Assembly: GCA_965214405.1 (NCBI GenBank)
Contig: OZ243956.1
Coordinates: 2,592,001 to 2,656,000, forward strand
Origin: Trueperaceae bacterium
GTDB lineage: Bacteria; Deinococcota; Deinococci; Deinococcales; Trueperaceae
Direction: 5' to 3'
Length of the DNA: 64,000 bases
Position 1 is the stretch's first letter. Each line of letters begins with the position of its first letter. The notes beneath the pieces were generated by a model, which was not told where the DNA came from, searched no databases, and worked only from the letters and a program-made list of their open reading frames with translations. Both the position numbers and the translations under genes were made by a program. Positions 10,858-20,236 of the stretch are shown here, piece by piece.

Positions 10858-12024
10858 ATGTTTCGAGGCGTGAAGGTGTTTTGGATTCTGCCGGTGACGT
10901 GGGTCGCCCTGGTTTTTCGCGTGGCCCAGGCGGGTCCTCTCGTGGCAATCGGCGGCGGTCTGGAGCCGGAAAACGAAGCCGTGTACCGCGCGGTCATCGA
11001 CCTCGCCGGAACCGACCCCACGGTGTGCGTTTTCGGCACCGCGAGTTCCGACCCGCAGGAGAGCGCCGAGGCCTATGTGGCGGATTTCGAGGAATACGGC
11101 GCGGCGGCCAAGGTAGTCGACATCACCACCGACAATGCGGCGGAAAGTACAAGCAGTGAAGACGTACTGGCGACCATCCGCGACTGCGACGGCTACTTCT
11201 TTACCGGCGGCGACCAGCGCCGAATCACCGAGGCATTTTTAGAAGACGGGGCGGACACCCCGGCGCTAGCCGCCCTCCGTGAACGTTTTGTGGCGGGCGC
11301 ACCTATTGCGGGCACGAGCGCGGGGCTCGCCGTGCTGAGTAACCCGATGATTAGCGGCGGCTCGAGCGTCGACACCCTCCTGTCAGGCCCCGACCCGGTC
11401 ACGCTCGAGCCCGGCTTGGGCTTTGTCAGCGGCGTGATTTTGGACCAGCACTCGGTTGAGCGCGGTCGCTTTGGCCGCCTCTTGGGCGCGCTTCTTGAAA
11501 CCAACACCCCGCTCGGCGTCGGCGTGAGCGAGGATACCGCCGTGGTTATCCCCGAGACCGGCCCCTGGGAGGTCGTGGGCGAGGGTTACGTGGTGGTTTT
11601 GGAGGTGTCGGAAGGAAGCACGTTGGACGAACCCGGCGAGGTGATGATGAGCCTCATCTCGAGCGGCGACACCTTTGATCCCTCGTCAAGCACGTTTAGC
11701 ATTCTCGAGGGGCGTAGCGCCGAGGAGGTCGGCTCCTACTATGACCCCGGCGTGATTTTTGCGGTGGACGTGTTCGGCCCCGAGGTGGTGAGCGGGGTGT
11801 TGGAGCGCCTTATCGACTCCTCTGAGGCGCAGGCGAGCGGGCTGGGCTTCTTGGGCAGCGGCGAGGCGAGCTTTCGCGCCGACGGGGTGCGGCTTGTGTT
11901 TGAGAAGACGCCGCAAACAGAGGGCTACTGGGGCCGTGTGGACGGCGAAGACTACAGCATCGTCCGGGTGGGCGTGCGCTTGGAGCCCGTCGAGGTGAGC
12001 GTGTCGCCGCGGGGGGAGGACTGA
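10858..12024 (+). CDS. Secreted cyanophycinase (peptidase S51)
   Basis: Signal peptide; IGGG, FFTGGDQ, GTSAG nucleophile, DQH, RGRFGRL. Confidence 0.88.
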   Translation: MFRGVKVFWILPVTWVALVFRVAQAGPLVAIGGGLEPENEAVYRAVIDLAGTDPTVCVFGTASSDPQESAEAYVADFEEYGAAAKVVDITTDNAAESTSSEDVLATIRDCDGYFFTGGDQRRITEAFLEDGADTPALAALRERFVAGAPIAGTSAGLAVLSNPMISGGSSVDTLLSGPDPVTLEPGLGFVSGVILDQHSVERGRFGRLLGALLETNTPLGVGVSEDTAVVIPETGPWEVVGEGYVVVLEVSEGSTLDEPGEVMMSLISSGDTFDPSSSTFSILEGRSAEEVGSYYDPGVIFAVDVFGPEVVSGVLERLIDSSEAQASGLGFLGSGEASFRADGVRLVFEKTPQTEGYWGRVDGEDYSIVRVGVRLEPVEVSVSPRGED

Positions 12025-12066
12025 CGGGTCCTCGAGCCGTCTTCAGGAGATGATAAGCTCACCCTC

Positions 12067-12930
12067 ATGAGACCCGTGTCCACTTTTTCCATCGTGGCTC
12101 GAGACCCCGCGACCGGCGACTTCGGCGTCGCCACCGCCTCTAAATTCTTGGCCGTCGGCGGGGTGGTGCCCTTTGCCGAGGCCGGGGTGGGCGCGGTCGC
12201 CACCCAGTCTTACGCCAACACGAGCTACGGACCGCGCACGCTGGCGGCGTTAAAGCAACATATCCCGCTTACGTTTATCCACCAAGCCTTCGCCGCGACC
12301 GACCCCGAACACGCGCAGCGGCAGTACGGTTTGGTGGACGCCGCTGGCAACGCCCTCACCTTTACGGGTGAGGCGTGTCACCCCTGGGCGGGGGGCCGAG
12401 ATGGCGAGGGCTGGGCGGCGCAGGGCAACCTGCTTACTGGTCCCGAGGTGGTGGACGCGCTTGTTGAAACTTTCTTGGCGAATCAAGAAGCCTTTCCTGA
12501 GCGCCTGTTGGCCGCACTCGCCGCGGGTGACGCCGCAGGGGGCGACAAGCGCGGGCGGCAGTCGGCGGCGCTGCTGGTCGTGCGCGTCGAGGGTGGCTAC
12601 GGCGGCTTTAACGACCGCTACATCGACCTGCGTATAGATGACCATGAAGACCCGGTGGGCGAACTCTGCCGCCTCCTGAGTTTGCAGCGCCTCTACTTCG
12701 AGCGCCCGAGTGAGGCGAACGTGCTCGAGCTATCCCCACCCATCTCCGACAGATTGAGGCGCGTGCTGGTGGCGTCGGGGTATCTGGCCGCGTCGGCGGA
12801 GGGCTGGAGCGACGCTGAGGAGGCGGCGCTGCGCTCGCTCGCGGGTGTCGAGAATTTAGAGGAGCGGATGCTGGGGCCGGGTCAAGTAGACCGGGTGGTG
12901 CTCGAGTACCTGGAGAGAAAATATCCTTAA
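12067..12930 (+). CDS. DUF1028 family protein (Ntn-hydrolase-like) with C-terminal putative peptidoglycan-binding region
   Basis: TFSIVARD, GAVATQ, AGGDKRGRQSAA, DLRIDDH. Confidence 0.9.
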   Translation: MRPVSTFSIVARDPATGDFGVATASKFLAVGGVVPFAEAGVGAVATQSYANTSYGPRTLAALKQHIPLTFIHQAFAATDPEHAQRQYGLVDAAGNALTFTGEACHPWAGGRDGEGWAAQGNLLTGPEVVDALVETFLANQEAFPERLLAALAAGDAAGGDKRGRQSAALLVVRVEGGYGGFNDRYIDLRIDDHEDPVGELCRLLSLQRLYFERPSEANVLELSPPISDRLRRVLVASGYLAASAEGWSDAEEAALRSLAGVENLEERMLGPGQVDRVVLEYLERKYP

Positions 12931-13133
12931 TGCCCTTTATCAACATCAAAATTACACGCGAGGGGGCGACGAGAGAGCAAAAAGAAGCGCTCATCCGCGG
13001 TGCGACGCAACTCCTCGTAGACGTGCTGGGTAAAAATCCGCAAACCACTGTTGTTGTGATCGACGAAATAGACACCGACAACTGGGGCGTCGCGGGCGAA
13101 ACGATTACGGAGCGGCGGGCGCGGGGCGAGTAG
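12930..13133 (+). CDS. 4-oxalocrotonate tautomerase family protein
   Basis: N-terminal Pro (MPFINIK), EQKEALI, NWGVAG. Confidence 0.92.
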   Translation: MPFINIKITREGATREQKEALIRGATQLLVDVLGKNPQTTVVVIDEIDTDNWGVAGETITERRARGE

Positions 13134-13192
13134 CAAGCTGGCTTACTTTGCTCTTCCCTCAGGCTATGCCACGCTAGGCCAAAGGAGGCTTT

Positions 13193-13534
13193 ATGAGCGA
13201 TACGACCATCAAGAAGGTGAACGCGGCAACCTCGCCCAAGGGCGAGATGGGGCAGGTCTACCTCGTCTCGGGCGTGAGTATGGCGATGCGGATGTGGCGG
13301 GACGAAGAGCCCAACGAGCCCAAACCCGAAGAGAGCCGCGCCTATGAAACCGTCGGCTATGTGATAAGCGGCAGAGCGGAGCTTCATTTGGAGGGGCAGA
13401 TGATCCGGCTCGAGCCCGGCGACTCCTGGCTTGTGCCCAAAGACGCCAAACATACTTACAAGATTCTCGAGGCCTTCACCGCCGTCGAGGCGACGCATCC
13501 ACCGGCAAGAGTGAACGACCGGGACGACGCGTAA
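13193..13534 (+). CDS. Cupin domain protein
   Basis: AAGGAGG RBS; YETVGYVISG, LEPGDSWLVP..AKH. Confidence 0.88.
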   Translation: MSDTTIKKVNAATSPKGEMGQVYLVSGVSMAMRMWRDEEPNEPKPEESRAYETVGYVISGRAELHLEGQMIRLEPGDSWLVPKDAKHTYKILEAFTAVEATHPPARVNDRDDA

Positions 13535-13560
13535 AGATAAGAGAGCACAAAGAAAAAGGG

Positions 13561-13589
13561 GAGAGGCTGACGTTTACAGTCAGCCTCTC
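13561..13589. terminator. Bidirectional terminator-like hairpin
   Basis: GAGAGGCTGAC/GTCAGCCTCTC stem between convergent genes, T tail. Confidence 0.75.
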
Positions 13590-13708
13590 TTTATGCCAAT
13601 TATGCTAAGGGTTTTGAAGAACGCGGCGGCGGTTTCTTTATCCTCTGCCATGACGTCATCGGTAAAGTCGTGCGTGTACCAGAACTCGTCCTCTTCCTCC
13701 CATGACAT
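13580..13708 (-). pseudogene. BrnA/CopG-type antitoxin fragment
   Basis: (LPDFSK)MSWEEEDEFWYTHDFTD resembles the antitoxin N-terminal 'P.F...EEE..FW.THD.TD' motif; only 42 aa, no toxin nearby. Confidence 0.55.
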
Positions 13709-13786
13709 TTTGGAGAAGTCGGGAAGTTAACCTGGATGGTTAATGAGTTTGCGCTCACCGTCTCTACCCTTTTTAGTTATTTGCCG

Positions 13787-14650
13787 CTATTTTCCCCGAA
13801 ACTCCGCCGCCCGCTTGTCCAAAAATGCTTGCGTCCCTTCTTTGGCGTCTTCCGTGGCGGTCACCATGCCGAACAGGTCGGCTTCGATTTCCAAGCCTTG
13901 CGGCAGCGTCACGTCCGCGCCGCGCACGACGGCTTCTTTGGCAAGCCCGAGGGCGACGGGGGCGTTTTTAACGATTGACCCGGCGAGTTCTTTGGCGGTT
14001 GCAAGCGCGTCATCAGCCACGCGGTTCACCAGGCCGAGCGTGAGGGCCTCGTCCGCGCCTACATGCCGCCCGGTGAGGATGAGGTCTAAAGCGCGGCCCT
14101 GACCGATGAGGCGCGGGAGGCGTTGGGTGCCGCCGTAGCCGGGGATGAGGCCCAAACCGACTTCGGGCAAGCCCAACTTGGCGCTTTTGCTGGCGACGCG
14201 CAAGTCGGCGGCCAAGGCAAGCTCGAGCCCCCCGCCCAGCGCAAAGCCGTTCACCGCGGCAATCGTCGGGATGGGCAGCGCGGCGAGCGTGTTCATCACG
14301 TCCTGACCCGAGAGCGCCGCCTCGCGCCCGCCGAAGACGTCTTCTAGTTTATTCAAGGCCGCAATGTCCGCCCCCGCGACAAAGGCGCGGCCCATACCCG
14401 TAATCACGAATGCTTGCACGTCTAAGTCGGACTGGACGAGTTCGAACGCCACCCCTAGTTCAAAAAGTAGGTCGGCATTAAGCGCGTTGAGCGCCTCGGG
14501 CCGATTGACGGTGAGGACCGCGACGCCGTTTTCGACTTCGTAGGACAAAAAGCGGAGGTCGTCGGCGATGTCGCTGGGGCTCAAAGCTTCGTGATTGTGC
14601 GCGTCATCGTTCACAGGGTTATTTGCGGGGTCGTTCATAAAGTCACTCAT
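13787..14650 (-). CDS. Enoyl-CoA hydratase/crotonase
   Basis: NRPEALNAL, AGADI, GFALGGGLE, PEVGLGLIPGYGGTQRL. Confidence 0.95.
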   Translation of the reverse strand: MSDFMNDPANNPVNDDAHNHEALSPSDIADDLRFLSYEVENGVAVLTVNRPEALNALNADLLFELGVAFELVQSDLDVQAFVITGMGRAFVAGADIAALNKLEDVFGGREAALSGQDVMNTLAALPIPTIAAVNGFALGGGLELALAADLRVASKSAKLGLPEVGLGLIPGYGGTQRLPRLIGQGRALDLILTGRHVGADEALTLGLVNRVADDALATAKELAGSIVKNAPVALGLAKEAVVRGADVTLPQGLEIEADLFGMVTATEDAKEGTQAFLDKRAAEFRGK

Positions 14651-15170
14651 GGTCGCTCCTGTTGGTGGGTCTGAATCCCAGACGTTTGTTAATGGCGAGC
14701 ATCGCGTGGTTGCTCGAGTCGTTGCTCGTCTTCACGGTCATCACGCCCTGCGCCGCAGCGTAACCCAGCGCGAGCACTTTGAGCGCGTGGGCCACGCCCC
14801 GCCCGCGGTAAGGTTTCAAAACGGCGGTGAGGCCGAACAGAGCCTCGTTGCCGCTTACGGTGAGGCTCGAGAGTCCCACCCAGACCTCGCCCGCCGCCGC
14901 CAAAAACTGACTCTCGGCTACGCGCCAGTAGCACGGTTCAAAAAGTTGTTCGGAAAACTCCCCGAAGCTTTCAAAGCCGCCCGTGTGTCCGGGCGTCTCG
15001 AGCACGCCCTCTCTTACCAGCGCGTAGAGTTTACGCCGAACCGCCAAACCATCCTCAACGTCTGCGAGCCTGAAAAGCTCAAATCCCTGAGCCTTGACGC
15101 GTTCTACCAAAGCCTCCTGCTGCGCCGCGTCAAAATCAGCCAGCGTGAGGATTTGCTCAACGCCGCTCAA
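14643..15170 (-). CDS. GNAT family N-acetyltransferase
   Basis: TAVLKPYRGRGVA motif A; N..MLAINKRLGF. Confidence 0.88.
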   Translation of the reverse strand: MSGVEQILTLADFDAAQQEALVERVKAQGFELFRLADVEDGLAVRRKLYALVREGVLETPGHTGGFESFGEFSEQLFEPCYWRVAESQFLAAAGEVWVGLSSLTVSGNEALFGLTAVLKPYRGRGVAHALKVLALGYAAAQGVMTVKTSNDSSNHAMLAINKRLGFRPTNRSDHE

Positions 15171-15179
15171 GCATTCCCC

Positions 15180-16022
15180 TCAGTCATACTTGTAAAATCC
15201 CTCGCCCGTCTTGCGCCCCAACCGCCCCGCCCGCACCATCTGTTTGAGGAGCGGCGCGGCGCGAAACTTCGGGTCGCCAAATTCATCATGCAGCGACTCG
15301 GCGGCGGCCAAGGCCACGTCCAAACCGACCAAATCGCCCAAGGCAAGCGGGCCGATGGGCATGTTCGCGCCCAGCTTCATCGCCCGGTCGATGTCTTCAG
15401 CGCTCGCCACACCCTCGGAGAGCGCGTGGATGGCGTCGTTCATGTAGGGGACCAAGAGGCGGTTGACGATAAAGCCGGGTTTGTCCTCGCAGACGATGGG
15501 CGTTTTGTTAAGACTCTCGACAAAGGCTCGAGCCTTTGTCACAGTCTCCTCTTCCGTCTGGAGCGCGCGCACCACCTCAACGAGGGGCAGCATCGGCACG
15601 GGGTTGAAAAAGTGGAGGCCGCAAAAGCGTCCGGGGTTTGTCACAAACGAGGCGATCTGGGTGACGGAGAGGCTCGAGGTGTTCGTCGCCAGAATCGCCT
15701 CCTCTGATGCGACCTCGTCTACGCGCCCCCACACCTCCTTTTTCACCTTTACGGTTTCAAACACCGCCTCGATGATGATTTCGGCCTCGCGTAGGGGCTC
15801 GAGGCCTTCCGTCGCCGTAATGCGCCCCAGCGTCTCCGCCTTGGCCTCTTCGGTGAGCGTCCCCTTCTTAACAAAGCGGGCGAGGCTTGTGTCCACCGCG
15901 CCCAGCCCCCGCGTCCGCGCGCCCTCATTCACGTCTTGCAGCGCGACCTCGTGCCCCGCCACCGCGCACGCCTGCGCGATGCCCGCGCCCATCGTGCCCG
16001 CGCCGACGACCGCAACCTTCAT
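15180..16022 (-). CDS. hbd: 3-hydroxybutyryl-CoA/3-hydroxyacyl-CoA dehydrogenase
   Basis: GAGTMGAG, ATNTSSLS, GLHFFNP, PGFIVNR, PIGPL. Confidence 0.93.
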   Translation of the reverse strand: MKVAVVGAGTMGAGIAQACAVAGHEVALQDVNEGARTRGLGAVDTSLARFVKKGTLTEEAKAETLGRITATEGLEPLREAEIIIEAVFETVKVKKEVWGRVDEVASEEAILATNTSSLSVTQIASFVTNPGRFCGLHFFNPVPMLPLVEVVRALQTEEETVTKARAFVESLNKTPIVCEDKPGFIVNRLLVPYMNDAIHALSEGVASAEDIDRAMKLGANMPIGPLALGDLVGLDVALAAAESLHDEFGDPKFRAAPLLKQMVRAGRLGRKTGEGFYKYD

Positions 16023-16311
16023 GGTGCGCCTCTCGAGATTACTTGCGGTTGGATTGAGGCGGTACGAGATGAGCCGCGTTCTGTAGATTTAGCGTTGTTC
16101 GTTAGGGCTTTGCGTAGCATGTGCATACAGCAATGTTACCCCACCACTCTTCCCAGCTCCGCGCTTCCAACGCAACGGCGTTCAGCAAACGCCGTTCTGC
16201 ATAATCCCCTGTACAATAAACGACAGCTCTCTGTTACGCGTTTCGGAGCTGGTACTGGTTTCTGTCTGTAACCCACCCTGCCTACACCCTGCCTACAAAG
16301 GATGTCCCTTC

Positions 16312-17115
16312 GTGTCCCCGCTCGTTCGTGTCGACAACGTCAGCAAAACCTACGGTAACGGAACGGTGGCCCTGGAGGAGGTGTCGCTCGAGGTCGCCGC
16401 GGGCGAGTTCGTGTCGCTGGTGGGGCCGTCGGGCTGCGGCAAATCGACGTTGCTGCGCCTCGTCGCGGGCTTGGGCGAGGTTACGGCGGGTGAAGTAACG
16501 GTAGGCAGAATTGCTGTAAGAGGGCGTGCGCCCAAGGCAACAGAACTCGGCTTTGTCTTCCAGGACGCCACGCTGCTCCCTTGGCGGACGGTCGAGGCGA
16601 ACGTGGCGCTGCCGCTCGAGCTTGCAGGCACCCGCAAAAGAGCGCGGCTGGCGGCGGCGCGTGAGGGGCTGGCGCTCGTCGGGCTGGCCGACGTTGCGGG
16701 GGCTTACCCGAACGAACTTTCCGGCGGAATGCAGATGCGCGTCTCCATTGCGCGCGCGCTTGTGACCCGGCCCGACCTTTTGTTAATGGACGAACCCTTT
16801 GGCGCGTTGGACGAAATCACGCGGCAGCGGCTTAACGATGAGCTGCTCGAGCTGCGCGCCCGCACGGGCGCGACGGTCTTGTTCGTCACGCACAACGTTT
16901 TTGAAGCGGTCTACTTGTCCGACCGCATCCTGGTGATGAGCGCCCGGCCTGGACGCATTATGAAAGAGGTGCGCATGAGCGCTCAGGCGGGTCGTGGTGA
17001 AGCGTTTCGCGGGTCTCGAGCGTTTTCCCAGGGCGTCCTGGCGGTAACGCGGGCGCTGAGAGGAGCCGGGCCGCAGGAGACGTTTCATCCTGATCTTGCG
17101 GAGGTGGCGGTGTGA
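16312..17115 (+). CDS. NitT/TauT family ABC transporter ATP-binding protein
   Basis: GPSGCGKS, LSGGM, LMDEPFGALD. Confidence 0.93.
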   Translation: MSPLVRVDNVSKTYGNGTVALEEVSLEVAAGEFVSLVGPSGCGKSTLLRLVAGLGEVTAGEVTVGRIAVRGRAPKATELGFVFQDATLLPWRTVEANVALPLELAGTRKRARLAAAREGLALVGLADVAGAYPNELSGGMQMRVSIARALVTRPDLLLMDEPFGALDEITRQRLNDELLELRARTGATVLFVTHNVFEAVYLSDRILVMSARPGRIMKEVRMSAQAGRGEAFRGSRAFSQGVLAVTRALRGAGPQETFHPDLAEVAV

Positions 17116-17954
17116 GCGTGACTTCTGGTCGTGAACGTGTGGGTGAGAATGTAGATGGGCGTAGGCAGGGCTCGAGGGGGTCCCTTCTTCCGCGAATACT
17201 GCCGCCTGTACTCGCCTTTGTCGCCGTGGTGGCGCTCTGGCAGCTCGGCGTGGTTCTTTTCAATCCGCCCGCTTACTTCTTGCCGGGTCCGCTGCGCGTG
17301 CTGGCGGTGTTCTGGGAGCGGGGGCCGCAGCTCCTTAGCGCAACCTGGCTTACCCTTCGAGCGTCGGCCCTGGCGCTCGTCTTATCGACCGTGCTGGGCG
17401 CGGCTCTGGCGCTCGCGCTGGCGAGTTCGACGGGGCTCTACCGCGCGCTTTTTCCCTACACGGTGGTGCTGCAAACCACGCCCGTCATCGCGGTTGCGCC
17501 CGTGGTCATCATCTGGTTTGGCGTCGGTTTACCGGCCATCGTCACGATTGCGGTGCTGGTGAGCATGTTTCCGGTGGTCGCCAGCACGACCGTGGGGCTG
17601 CTCTCGACCGATAGGGGGCTCGTGCGGCTTTTCGACCTCTACCGCGCGTCGCCGTGGCAGGGGCTCGTAAAGCTCAGGCTCCCCTATGCGCTCCCCTACT
17701 TTTTCGCGGGCGTGCGCGTCGCGGCGGGGTTGGCGGTCATCGGCGCGATTGTGGGTGAGTTTGTCGCGGGGATGGGGGGCAACCGGGGCGGCCTGGGCTT
17801 TTTTATCACCGACGCGGCGAGTCGCTTGGCTATGGCGGACGTTTTCGCGGCGGCGTTCGTTTCGGCAGCGCTGGGCGTCGGCTTTTTGCTCTTGATAGAC
17901 TTCGTGAGCCGCTCGAGCCTGCGCCACTGGCACGCGTCTGTGAGTGAAGACTAG
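17112..17954 (+). CDS. NitT/TauT family ABC transporter permease
   Basis: TM helices; KLRLPYALPYFF..GAIVGEF. Confidence 0.92.
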   Translation: MSVTSGRERVGENVDGRRQGSRGSLLPRILPPVLAFVAVVALWQLGVVLFNPPAYFLPGPLRVLAVFWERGPQLLSATWLTLRASALALVLSTVLGAALALALASSTGLYRALFPYTVVLQTTPVIAVAPVVIIWFGVGLPAIVTIAVLVSMFPVVASTTVGLLSTDRGLVRLFDLYRASPWQGLVKLRLPYALPYFFAGVRVAAGLAVIGAIVGEFVAGMGGNRGGLGFFITDAASRLAMADVFAAAFVSAALGVGFLLLIDFVSRSSLRHWHASVSED

Positions 17955-18063
17955 AGGGTATGACAAAGATGAGTTTGTTTTGTACAGCGAACGTCAAGAT
18001 TTGGAAGGCTCGAGGTTTAAGAGATTCGAAATCCGTTGCGAGGGTCTTTTTAGGAGATAACGC

Positions 18064-18999
18064 GTGAAAAAGTTTGTCTTTGTATTTTTTGCCTTCACAT
18101 TTGCCTTGGCCGGGGCGCAAGCGCCCACCAAGCTCACGGTCTACACGAACTGGTTTGCCGAGCCGGGGCATGGCGGCTACTACGCCGCGCTCAAAGACGG
18201 GCTCTACGAAGCGCGGGGTTTGGACGTTGACCTTGTCCAGGGCGGGCCGCAGGTCAACGTGGCCGCGCTCCTCGCGTCGGGTCGGGCGGACGTCGCTATG
18301 TTCGGGGGCGGCCAGCTCATGAGCGCCCGCGCCGAAGGGCTGCCCTTGGTCGCCCTTTTCGCCACCTACCAGACCTCGCCGCAGGCGCTCATGTCGCACG
18401 CCGAGAACCCGGTGGAAAGTTTCGGCGACCTTGCCGGGCGTTCTGTGTCGGTCACGCCGGGGGCGACCTACTGGCGCTATATCGAGAAAAAGTACGGCCT
18501 AGAGGGCGAGGTGCAGGTGCTCAACTACAACGGGCAGCTCGCCAACTGGCTTTTGGACGAAAATGCCGTGACGCAAAGCTACGTGACGGCGGAGCCCTTT
18601 TTCGCCGCCGCGGAGGGCGCGCGGCCCGTCACGCTGCTCGCCGCCGACTCGGGCTTCAACCCCTACACCGACGTGATGGCGACGACCGAGACTTTTCTGG
18701 CGGAGCACCCTGACGCCGTGGAAGCGTTCGTCGAGGCCTCGAGAAGAGGTTGGACACGCTTCCTGGCCTCACCGACGGATTACGTGGATGTGCTGAAGGA
18801 GGCGAACGACAGCGTCACCTCTGAGCAGGTTCTCTGGAGCACCGAGCAGGCGAGGCCGCTCATCGAGCCTGAGGGGGGTGTTGTCGGCAGCATGACGCTT
18901 GAACGTTGGGAAGAGCTTTACAACCAGTTTGTGGATTTGGGACTTATTGACCAGGGCGCGCTCGAGGTGCAGAGCCTGCTTTACACGCCGCTCGAGTGA
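18064..18999 (+). CDS. NMT1/THI5-like ABC substrate-binding protein
   Basis: Signal peptide; NWFAEPGHGGYYAA, GLDV..GGP. Confidence 0.88.
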   Translation: MKKFVFVFFAFTFALAGAQAPTKLTVYTNWFAEPGHGGYYAALKDGLYEARGLDVDLVQGGPQVNVAALLASGRADVAMFGGGQLMSARAEGLPLVALFATYQTSPQALMSHAENPVESFGDLAGRSVSVTPGATYWRYIEKKYGLEGEVQVLNYNGQLANWLLDENAVTQSYVTAEPFFAAAEGARPVTLLAADSGFNPYTDVMATTETFLAEHPDAVEAFVEASRRGWTRFLASPTDYVDVLKEANDSVTSEQVLWSTEQARPLIEPEGGVVGSMTLERWEELYNQFVDLGLIDQGALEVQSLLYTPLE

Positions 19000-19135
19000 G
19001 ACTCATAAGCCAAAACGGTGGGTGAAAGGTTACGTAGGTTAAAGTAGAAAAGCTCATGATTCTTACGCCTTTTCTCTCGACCTATCGGGCGTGCGGACGT
19101 ATTCATGGGGTGACGCCCGGAGGTTTGACGCGCGC

Positions 19136-19810
19136 ATGAAAATCTTGGCTATCGCCGACGCGGTGTCGCCCTTTATCTATTCAGAGCGTTTTCCGGACAA
19201 CCTGCCCCCCTTCGACCTGGTGCTGAGCGCGGGTGACATGCCCGGTCACGTGCTGGAATTTATCGCCACCAAACTCACCGTCAGGCCCGTGTACGTGCTC
19301 GGCAATCACGGCAACGGCTACTTGCGCGACGGTGAGACGGGGGAGATGCGGTTGCCGGGCGGCTGCGTCAACCTCCACAACCGCGTGCTCATGGTTGATG
19401 GCGTGCTCATCGCGGGCTTCGAGGGGAGCGCGCGTTACCGCGCCGGGCCGCACCAGTACAGCGAGCGGCAGATGGATCTGTTGACCCTGGGCTTAACGCC
19501 GCGCCTGTTATGGAACCGGCTGCGTTACGGTCGCGCGGTCGACATCTTGCTCACCCACGCGCCGCCCCAGGGACCGCACGAGGGGGCCGACTACCCGCAC
19601 CGCGGTTTTGCGGCCTTCAACCGCTTTGCGGAGCGCTGGAAGCCCAAGCTGCACGTTCACGGTCACGTCCATTTGCAAGGTGCCAACGCGCCCAGAGAGT
19701 ACGTGACGGAAGCGGGGGTGCGCGTCGTTAACGCGTTCGAGTTTACGCTCATTGACATCGGCTTTGAGCGCGACCTCGAGGCCGCGGGCGAAAAAGAACA
19801 CGTAAAATAG
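19136..19810 (+). CDS. Metallophosphoesterase
   Basis: AIAD, AGD, GNH, LTHAPP, HGHVH motifs. Confidence 0.9.
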   Translation: MKILAIADAVSPFIYSERFPDNLPPFDLVLSAGDMPGHVLEFIATKLTVRPVYVLGNHGNGYLRDGETGEMRLPGGCVNLHNRVLMVDGVLIAGFEGSARYRAGPHQYSERQMDLLTLGLTPRLLWNRLRYGRAVDILLTHAPPQGPHEGADYPHRGFAAFNRFAERWKPKLHVHGHVHLQGANAPREYVTEAGVRVVNAFEFTLIDIGFERDLEAAGEKEHVK

Positions 19811-20236
19811 TTTATTGCCTTCCTGAAAGGCCGTGCTACACTCATGAGGCGAGCATGAGACGAGGCCAAAGGTTTTGTGTGGCCGCTTTCCGTCTTCTCC
19901 GGCCCGCCTGCTGTTACCGACTAATTTCTGACGTTTTTCTGACGTTCTTCGCGGGTGCCGGTGACCCCAAATCCGGATGACCATAATCTCCACTCACAGA
20001 CAAAACTAAACGCAAAGTTCCGTATGAACCCCTCCATAAATCTCACCATAACTCCCGCTCCGCCAAACCCCGTTCGGAATTGCCGTGACGACATGTACAC
20101 GTGCGAATGTCTAGAAGGTGCCGCAGAGGGTGTCACGGTATGAAGGATATACAGTATGAAGCAGTATGAAGGACATGATGTGGAGGGCTTTACATCCCCC
20201 ATACAAAAAGGGTGTAGCCTGTTTTTGGAGGGCGCG

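Noticed and set aside
14595..15707. 370-aa plus-strand ORF and similar long shadow ORFs (8958-9752, 12608-13498, 28097-28957, 56931-57878)
   Set aside because: They lie antisense to well-supported genes and have no motifs; such ORFs are expected in GC-rich DNA.
19955..20143. 62-aa ORF in the spacer before the ParB-like gene
   Set aside because: It has no RBS, no motif and atypical codon usage; the region is probably promoter DNA.
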